Counted from the first letter of the stretch, positions 11,621 through 26,213 are shown. The stretch is DNA of 64,000 bases from Azolla caroliniana (GCA_043228905.1 JBHGNT010000012.1:19468001-19532000), one strand, 5' to 3'. Notes: a model not told the origin generated them from the sequence alone. Made by a program: numbers and translations.

Positions 11621-11962
11621 TGATTCTCCTCAAATTTCAAGGGTGGTTCACCTACTACTAACCTCAGAAAGGACTTAAGCAACTGGATGGAATGTAGATC
11701 TGTTTTTTTTTAGGAAGAAACTGGGTCAAGCCTCTGTTGAGGAAGATGGGATGATGAGTGGTCTAAAACATTCACCTCATTTGGACGGTCTTGTTCTACA
11801 TACACAATAGAATACCTATTTTGTAAGGGCTGAAATTCCTTTAGACTGTTACTAGCCACATGGTGAGGTTTATCATGATATACTTGTGAAGGTATCTTCC
11901 TATGCCCCACCTTAGTCCAACCATCAGATCTATCCTGAGATGACATTATATTTGTGATACGG

Positions 11963-13329
11963 TGTCGCGAAAATACGACGAGGATACGTGAACGTTGAGG
12001 CAAGACCCCGGGGCCTTTGTCTAGAGGATATCAAATTCGTGTATTTATGTACTAAGAATTAACCGAAATGAGAAAGATTAACAAATTTCATTAATAAAAG
12101 GGAAAGAAAGATTACAATCAATCCCAAGATTGGGATTACAAAAGTTTTATCTTATGGAGATGATTAGAATAATAGATTAGAGGAAATAAGAGATTATGAT
12201 TCTTGAGTGATATGGCTTTGACAAGGAATTTTGGCTTTTGAGAGATTGCTTCCGTATGGAAATTATGGTTTACTTGAGAGATAGCTTCCGTATGGAAGAT
12301 TAGGGTTATTGGCTTCGGTAATATAAGAGAGCTCCCCCAAAGAAAAGAAAAAAAAATTAAGATAATATAGAGAGTGAGTCCTAGTGTAGGAAAAAAAATG
12401 GAATAAATATGGAGTTCTCCCTTGATCATAACCTTCTCACTTTTTGTTGCATGGCCTCTACTTTTAGTTGCCTAGCTTTTTCTTTTGGTTGCATGTGACT
12501 GTCCACATGACCTTTACTTTTTCCATGCACTCCAACTTTAGTTGCTTGCGTCCACATGGCCTTTACTTTAGTTTGTTGCATGATCCAATCTTTCGTCCGT
12601 CCGCGTCTAGTAGACGGTTCCATTTTGCTTGCCGGTCGGTTCCGGTTCCTATTTTGCTTGCCGACCGGTTCCGGTTCCATTTTGCTTGCCGGCCGGTGCC
12701 AGTTTGCTTGCTGGTTCCGGTTCCGGTTTTGCTTGCCGGCCGGTCCCGGTTTGCTTGCCGGTTCCGGTTCCGGTTTTGCTTGCCGGCCGATTCCGGTTTG
12801 CTTGCCGGTTCCGATTTTGCTTGCCGACCGGTTCCGGTTTTGCTTACCGGCCCCGTTTTCCGGATTTGCTTACCGGCCGGTTTCCGGATTTGCTTACCGG
12901 ACCCGTTTTCCAGATTTGCTTACCGACCGGTTTCCGGTTTCGGTTTGCTTGCCGACCGGTTCCGATTTTGCATACCGGCCGGTTTCCGGATTTGCTTACC
13001 AACCGGTTTCCAATTTTAGGGAATTTGGCCACCATCATCCATCAAGACAAAGTGGCCAAAGTGATCTTAGCACAAATGAAAAATGAGGGAGCTCAAGGTG
13101 TTTATATTGCCAGGGCCTTAACCTTCCTATCTATGTGGGATAGTTCTAATTTCCCTATCTTCTCAAACTTTATTTTCTCATAACTTGATATGTATTTCTC
13201 TATTTTATATATAGTAAAATACATTTTGAAGCTCTTGAGTATATCCATCTTTCTATAGTAAGCTACTAATCTAATCTATAATAATTATTTCATTATTGTT
13301 TTACATAGTGTGTGAAGATTCACACGACA
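11963..13329. mobile_element. Solo-LTR-like element with 4-bp TSD and internal CCGG-rich tandem array
   Basis: TGTCG…CGACA termini; ACGG flanks both sides (11959-62, 13330-33). Both ends are homologous to the element at 37016-37555 in opposite orientation. Confidence 0.85.
12615..13015. repeat. ~20-30 bp degenerate tandem repeat (TTTGCTTGCCGGCCGGTTCCGG-like)
   Basis: Visible periodicity; produces repetitive spurious ORFs in all three + frames. Confidence 0.9.
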
Positions 13330-14764
13330 ACGGACATGCTCATCAGTATCTTTAATAATTTTTGGGCAATTCTTTGCCAAATGTCCAAATCCAAAACATC
13401 GAAAACATTGATTTGGTAAGCCCTTATACAAGATTTTCTGAGAAAAAGATTCTTGGCTTGGGTCAAGTAAATTGGGCAACAATATAGTTGAGGGTAGAAC
13501 TGCGGTATTAGAAATCAAATTTTTTGTAGACGCAGCTCCCGTTGACTTTTCTTCGACCTGACGAGGCTTATGATAGGTTTCCAAAACCGTACCAATATTA
13601 CTAGCAGTTAGATGCACGAAAGGCATCCATTCTTTACGCAAATTGGGAAATACCACCATACATGTATGATATAACTCTAACTCATGAAATATCTGATTTG
13701 CGGAGAAGTTGTGAATCCATTTATGGAAGGAGACCCATCCTCCCTTGACTGCTACAACTTTCTTCTCCAACAAGATCGACACCATTCATTCCTGCTCGAA
13801 TTCTATCTGATAACAATTCCGTCCAAGCATCTATATATCTATGATGTTATCAATCTATTGTTTCAATGCCACTTGCAACAATAAACGAAGGTCGGCGCGT
13901 CGAGGACAAATGCCCAAAACATGTGCAATGACATTCCTCTTCTCTATATGTTGTATGTCTCTTACTACCTGTGCTCGATCCTATTCTGACAATAGGAGCT
14001 TTACTACGTTGTTCGAAATTATAGGCGAGATGTCTGGATTTGCTACATTGGAGCCCCGATTAAACTGTTCGCAACGACGCAATACCTGCTCCTGATTCAC
14101 AGGTGTATCGATGAAGACTGTTGATTTTTCTTTAATTATTGTGGCGGACACAACAACCCCTACACTTGCCGTGATAGGATTTAAACACACATCAACAACA
14201 GTAGGTTGAGCAGCGGCAACAGGCTGGATGGCAATGGGTTGTGTGGCGGCACTCTGGGCGGAGATGGGCTGAGTGGCGGTAGATGTAGTGTTTTGCTGAG
14301 CGACAACTGGTATGGTTGCTGTAGGCTGAGTATTGGCAGACACTATATTGTTCTTCATCGTCTCCATCTTTGTTTCCCTTTCGATATCCGGTTATTTGGT
14401 TATTTAATATAGTTATCGCTCTAAAAGAATATATTCTAACATGTATGTAGCAAAAACATGTGTGTGGATTAGCATGGATGGAATTTTGAAAACTCAATTC
14501 TACAATTGCTAGACTGTCGAAAGAAGCATCTCCCGAATTTGGGGAAGTATAAGAGCATTGAGACAAAGCATTTGCCTTACCCTTTTGTGCCCATAGGCAT
14601 TACATGATCAAGTAATTGTTAAAGGTATTAATTAAACTACTAGGAGAACCCTTAAGGAGGTCATGCCACTACTCAAAAGAATCCGCAATGGCCAAAAGTT
14701 CTTAATTGAAAAATCAAAAGCATCAAATTTGACTATGAAGGCCTTGGTTGGACAAGGATTGGAT

Positions 14765-15257
14765 TAACAATCGGCAATGGTTCGGTTCGAGAGTGTCCAA
14801 ACTGAAACGTTTAAAATTTTTGAAACCTGAACCGAACCGAACCAAACCAAACCAAACCAAACTGAACAATGAAACCGTTTGAATTGAACCGTTAGATAAA
14901 AATCCAAACCATAAAACCATTAAACTATGGTTTCATGGTTCGGTTTCGGTTTTCAACTTAGGTCAAATTCAAAATTCAAAATTTTAAAATTTTCATTATT
15001 TCAAATTTTAATTTTTCAAAATTTTAAAGATTTTTCCTGAAATGTAAGAATTAGGCTTAAAAATGAATAGGTTATTTAAAAAAATAAATAAAACCATCAA
15101 ACCGTTAAACCATGTCTTCAATCCGTTAAACCGAACTATTCAACCCCCAAACCGAACCGTTTAAAAAAATTGAACCTGAACCAAATTGAACCGTTGAGCC
15201 GTTGAGCCACGGTTTCGCGGTTCCATTTGGTTCAAACCGAACCATTGCCAATTGTTA
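14765..15257. mobile_element. hAT-type MITE
   Basis: TIR TAACAATCGGCAATGGTTCGGTT / AACCGAACCATTGCCAATTGTTA; perfect 8-bp TSD GATTGGAT; subterminal AACCG repeats. Confidence 0.92.
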
Positions 15258-15329
15258 GATTGGATTCCACTCCTTGATGACACAATTGGCAAATCCTTTC
15301 TTCTAGACATATTCATGTATATCTGCCTA

Positions 15330-16290
15330 CCTCAATCTCTAACTGATGTGGTGAAGTTTGTAGCTGCCCTATCACACTTTGCAATGCATAGGATAGATGT
15401 ATGTCCATATAAGGTGGTCTGATGATGAATCCATCCTCCGATATGTGTAAAAAATGTCTTGTATTGGGCCATCTTTGTACCAAGTGATATTTTGGGGTTG
15501 ATCCATGTTATCTTATTTTCCAAGTTAATAATATCAATTCGGATCACTCTATTCTTTTACACTTGATCATGTTTACATGGGGAAAGTCCAAGCTATATGG
15601 GAATGGGGGCAGTGCATTTATGCTTATGCCATGTGACTTGAGCCATTGTTGCATTTCAGCACACCAACAATGATTGTTTCCATTTTCGGCGTTGGATATA
15701 GGTCACTGATTAGAACAATGCCTCAATGATTATAAAGGTTACTCCCATCTCATCCTGGGTTATATTATGGGGCATTGATGCTTTGCTCCTTATCATGCAT
15801 GTAATCATTGACCCTAAAGGTATCTCTAAATCTTTCCAATGATTTGCCTTGTTAAGACTCGATCCCCACGTTTCTACTCCATAGAGAAGAGTTGGTGTGC
15901 CAAGTGTATCAAATAACCACAACTTTGTTCGTGGCTCTCGAAACTGTAAGAAAATGTTTTTGGACATTTTCAAACTCTTTCCAAGTAGATTTAGGGATAC
16001 TACCACCCCATATAGAAGCACCGGTGTCACCAAAGTGTCGAAAATGCATTTCTTGAGGAGCCAACACTCCATGATTGCATGTGTTCTCAAATGCATAATA
16101 TGCTCTTTTTCCTGCCTCTTAAGTAGCATGTAACACATTCATTCCATCTATGATTTGAAGGAACTATAATGCCAATATATTTGAAGTTTTCCACACATTC
16201 AAGTGGCTCATTATTGTACATAATGCATGGTTTATCTTTTTTGGGCCTTTTACACACATAATCTTTGTTTTAGAGCTATCGACACTTAGT
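15330..16290 (-). pseudogene. Degenerate non-LTR retrotransposon ORF2 C-terminal remnant
   Basis: LFDTLxTPxLLYGVETWG motif (present twice), typical of the post-RT region of LINEs; many stops. Confidence 0.6.
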
Positions 16291-16292
16291 TT

Positions 16293-16332
<40 letters not shown>

Positions 16333-19300
16333 TTCGATTTACACTACTTGTGTTGAAAAAAAGAGAGTTTTATTGTTCGTGGAAGTTAGTCAAGGCACTA
16401 AACCATGCACATTCTAAAAATTGATCTCAAACATCTCTCATCGAAGTTAATGAACTAGGGGCATTTTAAGAATTGAATGAGGGACTTCTCACACCCAAGT
16501 GAGAATCATGCTACTGGACTAAATGCCCATGTGTTAGATTAAGAAAAAAACAATATTTATTAATTTAAAAAGAAGTTTTGGGGGTAGAAAATATGAATAC
16601 TTGTCAAGAGTTTTAAAAGGCACATTACGAAAACTGAATTGAAACACCTCTCAAAGCTAGCATTGTGGCGGCATTCCGAGAATTCAACTCGGAACCTCTC
16701 GCACCCTAAGTGAGAATCATGCCACTAGACCAAATGACCTCATAAATTTCGAAAGAACTTTAACGCAAAAGATATGAATAGTCTTGAGCGTTTTCAAAGG
16801 CACATTGCGACAACTGAACTCAAAGACCCTGTCCTCAAAGTTAGCATTATGGGGACATTCCGAGAATTGCACTTGGGACCTCTCTCACCCTAAGCGAGAA
16901 CCATGCCACAAGACCAAATGCCCTCATGAATTCAAAAAGAACTTTCAGAGTAAAAGATATGAATACTTGTCAAGAGTTTTCAAAGGCACATTATGACAAC
17001 TTAACTGAAAGACCTCTCCTCGAAGCTAGTATTGTGGGGGCATTACAAGACTTCAACTTGGGATTTCTGCACCCTAAGTGTAAATCATGCCACTAGACCA
17101 AATGCCCTCATGAATTTAAATAGAATTTGTATAATAGAAGATATAATGCTTGTCAAAAGTTTTTAAACGCATGTTATGACAACTCAATTGAAAGACCACT
17201 CCTCAAAGCTAGTATTGTTGGCCCAAGGGCATTCTGAGAATTGATCTCAGGACCTCTCGCACCCCAAGCGAGAAACAAGCCACTAGAACAACTATCTTTG
17301 TGAGTTTTCAACATTAACTAGAAGACCTCTCCTCAAAGTTAGTATTGTGCGGGCCTTCCAAAAATTGAACTTGAGACCTCCTGCACCCTAAGCAAGAATC
17401 ACGCCACTAGACTCATGAATTTAAAAAGACATATTATGACAACTTAACTAGAAGACCTCTCCTTAAAAACAAGTTTCACTGTAGAAGATATGCATTCTTG
17501 TGAATAGTTTTCAAAGGCACATTATGACAACTTAACTAAAAGACCTCTCCTCGAAGCTAGTATTGTGGGGCCATTCCAAGAATTAAACTTTTTGGGACCT
17601 CTCGCACCCTAGCAAGAATCATGCCACTAGAACAAATGCGGTTTTGAATTTAAAAAGAATTCCGAGAATTGAACTCAGACCTCTCGCACCCAAGCGACAA
17701 TCATGCTACTAGAACAAATGGACTATCAAATTTAAAAAGAATTGAACTCAGACCTCTCGCACCCAAGTGAGAATCATGCTACTAGAACAAATGCGCAATC
17801 AAATTTAAAAAGAGCTTCTGAAATAGAAGATATAAATATTTGTCTAGAGTTTTCAAATACGACAACTTAACTAAAAGACCTCTCTTTTCTCCTCAAAGGT
17901 AATATTGTAGGGGCATTATGAGAATTGGACTCAGGACCCCTCACACCCAAAGTGATAATCATCCCACTAGACCAAATGCCCTTGTGTGTTTTTCGCATTG
18001 TGACAACTTAAATGAAAGACCTACCCTTCAAGCTAGTATTGTAGCGGCATTCCTAGAATTGAACTAGGCACCCCTACCACCCTAAGCAAGAATCCTGCGG
18101 CATTATGACAACTTTACTGGTGGAAGATCTCTCCTCGAAACTAGTATTGTGGGGTCATTCCTAGAATTGAACTCGGGACCCCTTGCACCCTAAGAGAGAA
18201 TCATGCCACATCATGCCACGTTATGACAACTTAGTTACTGAAAAACCTCTCCTCGAAGCTAGTATTGTGGGGGCATTCCGAGAATTGAACTTAGGACCTC
18301 TCGCACCCTAAGAGAGAATCATGCCACTAGACAAAATGCCCTACTAAATTTAAAATAAAGTAAAGGAACCTTATGATATTAATCGCACATTATGCCACAA
18401 GATCAAATGCCTCATGAGTTTAAAATAAAGGCACATTATGATGTAAAATGAGGAAATGCACATCTTAAATTGAAAGACCTCTACCTCAAGCCAGTATTAT
18501 GGGGGCATTCCTAGAATTGAACTTGGGAACTCTCGCACCCTAAGCGAGAATCATGCCACTAGACCAAATACTCGTCCGAGTTTTCGTAGTTATAACAACT
18601 TAGGAGGAAGATAAGACCTCTCCTCAAAGTTAGTATTGTCGGGGCATTTCGAGAATTGAACTTAGGACCTCTTGCACCCTAAGCGAGAATCATGCCACTA
18701 GACCAAATACTCGTCTGAGTTTTCGTAGTTATAACAACTTAGGAGGAAGATAAGACCTCTCCTCAAAGTTAGTATTGTCAGGGCATTTCGAGAATTGAAC
18801 TTAGGACCTCTCGCACCCTAAGCAAGAATCATGCCACTAGACCAAATACTCGTCTGAGTTTTCATCATTATACCAACGTAGCCGGGAGATAAGACCTCTC
18901 CTCAAAGCTAGTATTATAAGGGCATTCCAAGAATTGAACTCCGGACCTCTCGCACCCACTAGACCAAATGCCCTTGTAAATTTATAATCAAGAATCATGC
19001 CACTACACCAAATGCCCTTCTGCATTTGAAAAGAAGCTTTAGGATGGAAGAGATGAATACTTGTGAAGAGTTTTCAAAATATGACAACTTAACTAGAAGA
19101 CCTTTTCTCTCTCCTCAAAGTTAGTAATGCGGGGGCATTCCTAGAATTGAACTTGGCACCTCTCACACCCTAACCCAAAATCATCCCTCCCTGGGTCTGA
19201 GTAGGATACCCAAAACTTCCCTGTGGGATGGGTCGCTTGCCACACCCACTACAGAACGAATAAATTGACAATTTTCTTATTCTTTATACTCGTTTTGTAT

Positions 19301-20447
19301 AACGGAAAGACTTATATAGGGAATGATCTAAAATTTTCAATCATTTTAGATCATAATGTTGTTCTATCAGTAAAAAGAAGAGATAGATCTTCCTCTTACT
19401 GATTCGACCTTTGGATACTCCTGCATTGCTAGAGACCTAGACTGAATGAAGAGTATCTAATTTTTTTTCTATCATATTGGACTTTAATGAAAAGATTGTT
19501 TCGTTGTTATAACTGGAAGAACTTTACTTGAAGCTATCATTGTGGGCGCATCCTCTCTAGGGGCGTAGAATTGAGCTCGGGACCTCTCGCACCCTAAGCG
19601 AGAATCATGCCACTAGAGCAAATACCCTTGTGAATTTTCAAATTATGAGAACTTAGGAGGAAAGGAAGATATCTCGTGGAAGTTAGTATAATGCGGGCAT
19701 TCCGAGAATTGAATTCCGAACCTCTGTCACCCTAAGTGAGAATCATGCCACTAAACCAAATACCCTTAAACAATATAGGAAGAGATCACATTTTCTCGAA
19801 GATAGTCTTGTGGGGCATTCCTAGAATTGAACTCCGCACCCCTACCATCGTAATTGAGAATCATGCGACAATATGACAACATAACTAAAAAATCTCTCCT
19901 CGAAGCTGGTGTTGTGGGGCATTGCAATAATTGAACTTAGGACCTCTCGGCACGCACCGACAGTGAGAATCATGCCATTATACCTAATGCCCTCATGAAT
20001 ATAAAATGAAGTAATGGCACATTATGCCACTAGACCAAATGTCCTCGTGAATTTAAAATTAAAGCACATTATGAAGTACATAGAAGTATGTAAACTCTTA
20101 ACTTGAACTCGGGACCCCTCCCACCTTAAGTTACAATGATGCCACTAGACGTAATACCCTTGTGAGTTTTCTTAGTTATAACACCTTACGACGAAGGTAA
20201 GACCTATCCTCGAAGATAGTTTTGTTGGGGCATTCTGAGAATTGAACTGGGGACCTCTCGCACCCAAAGTGAGAATCATGCCACTAGACCAAATGCCCTT
20301 GTGAATTTTAAATAAAAAATCATTCTACTCCACCAAACGCCCTTCTGAATATAAAAAGAAGTTCTAGGATGAATACTCATCAAGATTTTTCGAAATATGG
20401 GAACCTAACTAGAAGACCTTTTCTCTCTCCCCGAAGTTAGTATTGCG

Positions 20448-20519
20448 GGGGCATACCGAGAATTGAACTCGGGACCTCTCGCACCCTAAGCGAGAATCAT
20501 GCCACTAGACCAAATGCCC
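20448..20519 (-). tRNA. tRNA-Pro(AGG), one acceptor-stem mismatch
   Basis: 72-nt match to the array consensus with one substitution. Confidence 0.75.
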
Positions 20520-21408
20520 TTGTGAGTTTTCAAAATTATGAGAACTTAGGTGGAAGAGAAGATATCTCATTGAAGTTAGTATAGTGGGGGCACTCCTAGA
20601 ATTGAATTCAGGACCTCTGTCATCTTAAGCGATAATCATGCCACTAGACCAAATACCATTAAACATTATAAGAAGAGATCACATTTTCTCGAAGAAAGTC
20701 TTGTGGGGCATTCCTAGAATTGAACTCGGCACCCCGAAAATGGTAATCGAGAATCATGCGACAGTATGACAACATAACTAAAAAACCTCTCCTCGAAGCT
20801 GGTATTGTGGGGGAATTGCAATAATTGAACTCGGGACCTCTTGAACCGATAGTGAGAATGATGCAATTATACCTAAAACCCTCGTGAATTTAAAATGAAG
20901 TAAAGGCTTATTATGACATCATGAAGTAATGGCACATTATTCCACTAGACCAAATGTCCTCGTGAATTTAAAATAAAAGCACATTATGAAGTAGAATGAA
21001 GATGTAAACTCTTAAATTGGAAGATGTCTACCTGAAGCTAGGTCTGTGGGGGCATTCCAACAATTGAACTCGGGACCTCTCCCACCTTAAGTGAGAATCA
21101 TGCCACTAGACGTAATACCCTTGTGAGTTTAGCTAGTTATAACGCCTTAGGATTAAGATAATACCTATCTTCGAAGATAGTTTTGTTGGGGCATTTTGAT
21201 AATAGAACTCGGGACCTCTTGCACCCAAAGCGAGAATCATGCCACTAGACCAAATGCCCTTGTGAATTTTAAATAAAAAATCATTCCACTACACCAAATG
21301 ATCTTTTGAATTTAAAATGAAGTTTTAGGATGAATACTTGTCAAGAGTTTTTGAAATATGGAAACTTAACTAGAAGACCTTTTCTCTCTCCTCGAAGTTA
21401 ATATTGCG

Positions 21409-21480
21409 GGGGCATTCCGAGAATTGAACTCGGGACCTCTCGCACCCTAAGCGAGAATCATGCCACTAGACCAAATGCCC
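21409..21480 (-). tRNA. tRNA-Pro(AGG), intact
   Basis: Perfect cloverleaf; A and B boxes intact; CAA immediately upstream. Confidence 0.93.
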
Positions 21481-22415
21481 TTGTGAGTTTTCAAATTATT
21501 TTTTATGAGAACTTAGGTGGAAGAGAAGATATCTCGTTGAAGTTAGTTATAGTGGGGGCATTCCTAGAATTGAATTCGGGACCTCTGTCACCCAAGTGAG
21601 AATCATGCCACTAGAAAAAATACTGTTAAACATTATATGAAGAGAACACATCTTCTCGAAGCTAGTCTTGTGGAGCATTCCTAGAATTGAACTCGGCACC
21701 CCTACCACCATAATAGAGAATCATGGGACATTATGACAACATAACTAAAAAAACTCTCCTCGAAGCTAGTATAGCGGGTGCATTGCAATAATTGAACTCG
21801 GGACCTCTTGCACCGACAGTGAGAATCATGCCATTATACCTGATGCCCTCGTAAATATGAAATGAAGTAAAGGTTATTATGACATTATGAAGAAATTGCA
21901 CATTATGCTACTAGACCAAATGTCCTCATGAATTTAAAATGAAGGCACATTATAAAGTACAATGAAGAAAGGCAACTCTTAATTTGGAAGACCTCTACCC
22001 GAACTTAGTATTGTGGGGGTATTCCAAGAATTGAACTTAGGACCTCTTGCACCTTAAGTGAGAATCATGCTACTAGACATAATACATGTGTGATTTTTCT
22101 TAGTTATAATACCTTAGGATGAAGATAAGACTTATCCTTGAAGATAGTATTGTCAGAGCATTGCGAGAGTTGAAGTCAGGACCTCTCCCACCTTAAGGGA
22201 GAATCATGCCACTAGACATAATACCCTTGTGAGTTTTCCTAGTTAGAACACCTTAGGACGAAGATAAGACCTATCCTCGAAGATAGTATCGTCGGGGCAC
22301 CCAAAACACCCTTCTAAATTTAGAAACAAGTTTTCGGATGAATATTGTCAAGAGTTTTCAAAATATAGAAACTTAACTAAAATACATTTTCTCTATCCTC
22401 AAAGTTAGTATTGCG

Positions 22416-22487
22416 GGGGCATTCCGAGAATTGAACTCGGGACCTCTCGCACCCTAAGCGAGAATCATGCCACTAGACCAAATGCCC
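22416..22487 (-). tRNA. tRNA-Pro(AGG), intact
   Basis: Identical to the consensus. Confidence 0.93.
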
Positions 22488-23121
22488 TTGTGATTTTTCA
22501 AAATTATTAGAACTTACATGGAAGAGAAGATATCTCGTTGAAGTTAGTATAGTGGGGGCATTCCTAGAATTGAATTCGTAACCTCTATCACCCTAAGAGA
22601 GAACGATGCCACTAGACCAAATACCCCTAAACATTATAGGAAGAGAACATATCTTCTCGAAGCTAGCCTTGTGGGGCATTCCTAGAATTGAACTCGGGAC
22701 CCCTACAACCATAATCCAGAAGCATTCCACATTACGACAACATAACTAAAATACCTCTCAGCGAAGCTAGTATTGTGGGGGCATTGCAATAATTAAACTT
22801 GGGACCTCTCGCACCGAGAGTGAGAATCATGCCGTTATACCTAATGCCCACGTGAATTTAAAATGAAGTAAAGGCTTATTATGACATTGTGAAGTAATGG
22901 CACATTATACCACTAGACCGAATACCCTTGTGAATTTTAAATCAAGAATTATGCCACTACACAAAACGCCCTTCTACATTTAAAAAGAAGTTTTGGGGCG
23001 ACTACACCAAATGTGCTTCTGAATTTAAAAAGAAATTTTAGGATGAATACTTGTCAAGAGTTGTCAAAATATACCAACTTAAATAGAAGACCTTTTTTCT
23101 CTCCTCCAAGTAATTATTGTG

Positions 23122-23193
23122 GGGGCATTCCGAGAATTGAACTCGGGACCTCTCGCACCCTAAGCGAGAATCATGCCACTAGACCAAATGCCC
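23122..23193 (-). tRNA. tRNA-Pro(AGG), intact
   Basis: Identical to the consensus. Confidence 0.93.
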
Positions 23194-25770
23194 ATGTGAG
23201 TGTGCAAAATTATGAGAATTTAGGAGGAAGAGTAGATATCTCATTAAAGTTAGTATAGTGGGGACATTCCTAGAATTGAATTCGGGACCTCTATCACCCT
23301 AAGCCAGAATCATGCCAATAAACCAAATAGCCTTAAACATTATAGGAAGGGATGACATTTCCTCGAAGATAATCTTGCGGGGCATTCCTAGAATTGAAGT
23401 CTGGACCCCTACCATCGTAATTGAGAATCATGTGACAATATGACTACATAACTAAGAAACCTCTTCTCGAAGCTGGTATTGTGAGGGCATTGCAATATTT
23501 GAACTCGGGACCCCTCATACCGACAATAGGAATGATGCAATTATACCTAATGCCCTCGTTAATTTAAAATGAAGTAAAGGCTTGTTATGACATCATGAAG
23601 TAATGCCACATTATGCCACTAGACCAAATGTCCTCGTGAAATTAAAATAAAAGCACATTATGAAGTACTATGAAGTATGAGAACTCTTACATTGGAAGAG
23701 GTCTACCTGAATCTAGTTCTATGGGGGCATTCAAACAATTGAACTCGGGACCTCTCCCACCTTAAGTGGGAATCATGCTACAAGACATAATACCTCTGGG
23801 AATTTTCTTAGTTAGAACACCTTAGGACGAAGATAAGACCTATCCTCGAAGATAGTTTTGTCGGGGCATTTTGAGAATGGAACTCGGGACATCTCGCACT
23901 CAAAGCGAGAATCATGCCACTAGACCAAATGCCCTTGTGAATTTCAAGTAATTCAAAATCACTCCACTACACCAAACGATCTTTTGAATTTACAAAGAAA
24001 TTTTAGGATAAATACTTGTCAAGTGTTTTAGAAATATGGAAACTTAACTAGAAGACCTTTTCTCTCTCCTTAAAGTTAGTATTGCGGGTGCATTCCGAGA
24101 ATTGATCTTGGGACCTCTCGCACCCTAAGCGAGAATCATACCAGTAGACCAAATGCCCTTGAGAGTTTTCAAAATTATGAGAACTTAGGTGGAAGAGAAG
24201 ATACGTCGTTGAAGTTAGTTATAGTGGGGGCAATCCTAGAATTGAATTCGCAACCTCTATCACCGTAAGCGAGAATCATGCCACTAGACCAAATACCCTT
24301 AAACCTTATACAAAGAGAACACATCTTCTTGAAGCTAGCCTTGTGGGGCATTCCTAAAATTGAACTTGGGACCCCTACCGCCATAATCAAGAATTATGCG
24401 AGATTATGACAACATAACTAAAAACGCTCTCCTCGACGCTAGTATAGGAGGGGCATTGAAATAATTGAACTCGGGACCTATCGCACCGACAAGGAGAATC
24501 ATGCCATTATACCTGATGCCCTCGTGAATATAAAATGGAGTAAAGGCTTATTATGAAATTATGAAGTAATTGCACATTATGCCACTAAACCAAATGTCCT
24601 CGTGAATTTAAAATAAAGGCACATTACGAAATACAATGAAGAAAGGAAATTCCTACTTTGGAAGACGTCTCTGGGGGAATTCCTAGAATTGAATATGAGA
24701 CCTCTCGCACCTTAAGTGAGAATCATGCCACTAGATATAATACCCTTGTGAGTTTACTTAGTTAGAACACCTTAGGATGAAGATCAGACCTATCCTCAAA
24801 GATAGTTCTGTCGGGCCATTCCAAGAATTGAGCTCGGGACCTCTCGCACCCAAAGCGAGAATCATGCCACTAGACCGAATGCCCTTGTGAATTTTAAATA
24901 AAAAATCATTCCACTACACCAAACACAATTCTGAATTTAAAAAGAAGTTTAAGGATGAATTTTTGTCAAGAGTTTTCGAAATATGGAAATTTAACTAGAA
25001 GACCTTTTCTCTCTACTCGAAGTTAGTATTGCGGGGGCATTCCGAGAATTGAACTCGGGAACCACTCACCCTAAGCGAGAAGGATGGCACTAGACCAAAT
25101 GCCCTTGTGAATTTTTAAAATTATGATGACTTAGGTGGAAGATAAGATATCTCGTTGAAGTTAGTATAGTCGGGGCATTCCTAGAATTGAATTCGGGACC
25201 TCTATCACCCTAAGAGAGAATCATGCCACTAGACCAAATACCTTTAAACATTATAGGAAGAGAACACATCTTCTCGAAGCTAGTTTTTCGGGGCATTCCT
25301 AGAATTGAACTTGGGACCTCTCGCACCGACAGTGAGAATCATGCATTTATACCTAATGCCCTTGTGAATTTTAAATGAAATAAAGGCTTATTATGATTTA
25401 ATGAAGTAATGGTACAGAGGCCACTAGACCAAATGTCCTCGTGAATTTAAAATAAAAGCACATTATGAAGTATGGAAACTGTTAAATTTGAAGACATAAT
25501 ATGAAGCTAGTTCTATGGGGGCATTCGAACAATTGAACTCGGGACGTCTCCCACCTTAAGTGAGAATCATGCTACAAGATGTAATACCTTTGTGAGTTTT
25601 CTTAGTTAGAACACCTTAGGACGAAGGTAAGACCTATCCTCGAGGATAGTTTTGTCGGGGGCATTCCAAATTTAAAAAGAAGTTTTAGGATGAATACTTG
25701 TCTTCAGAGTTTTCGAAATATAGAAACTTAACTAGAAGACCTTTTCTCTCTCCTTGAAGTTAATATTGCG

Positions 25771-25842
25771 GGGGCATTCCGAGAATTGAACTCGGGACCT
25801 CTCGCACCCTAAGTGAGAATCATGCCACTAGACCAAATGCCC
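25771..25842 (-). tRNA. tRNA-Pro(AGG), one anticodon-stem mismatch
   Basis: G>A in the anticodon stem (CTCAC). Confidence 0.7.
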
Positions 25843-26213
25843 TTGTGAATTTTAAATAAAAAATCATTCCACTACACCAAACGCCCTTCTGAATTTAAAA
25901 AGAAGTTTTAGGATGAATACTCGTCTTGAGAGTTTTCAAAATATGGAAACTTAACTAGAAGACCTTTTCTCTCTCCTCGAAGTTAGTATTGCGGGGGGCA
26001 TTTCGAGAAACTTGGGACTTCTCGCACCCTAAGCGAGAATCATGCCACTAGACCAAATGCCCTTGGGAATTTTAAATAAAAAATCATTCCACTACACCAA
26101 ACGCCCGTCTGAATTTAAAAAGAAGTTTTCGGATAAATATTTGTCTTGAGAGTTTCCGAAATATGGAAACTTAACTAGAAGACCTTTTCTCTCTCCTCAA
26201 AGTTAGTATTGCA

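Larger units (their letters stand above)
11621..14400 (-). pseudogene. Degenerate LINE (L1-like) ORF1/gag-like remnant, split by a solo LTR
   Basis: Zinc knuckle CFRCFGFGHLAKNC preceded by ILYKGLP (13285-13785). The frame rejoins across the insert (…DEHVR|ITNIMSSQD…). Confidence 0.65.

Noticed and set aside
12426-13183. Overlapping 176-184 aa ORFs
   Set aside because: Artefacts of a stop-poor CCGG tandem repeat; low-complexity translations in all frames.
23013-23258. Small ORFs across the tRNA array
   Set aside because: Chance translations of tRNA and spacer sequence.
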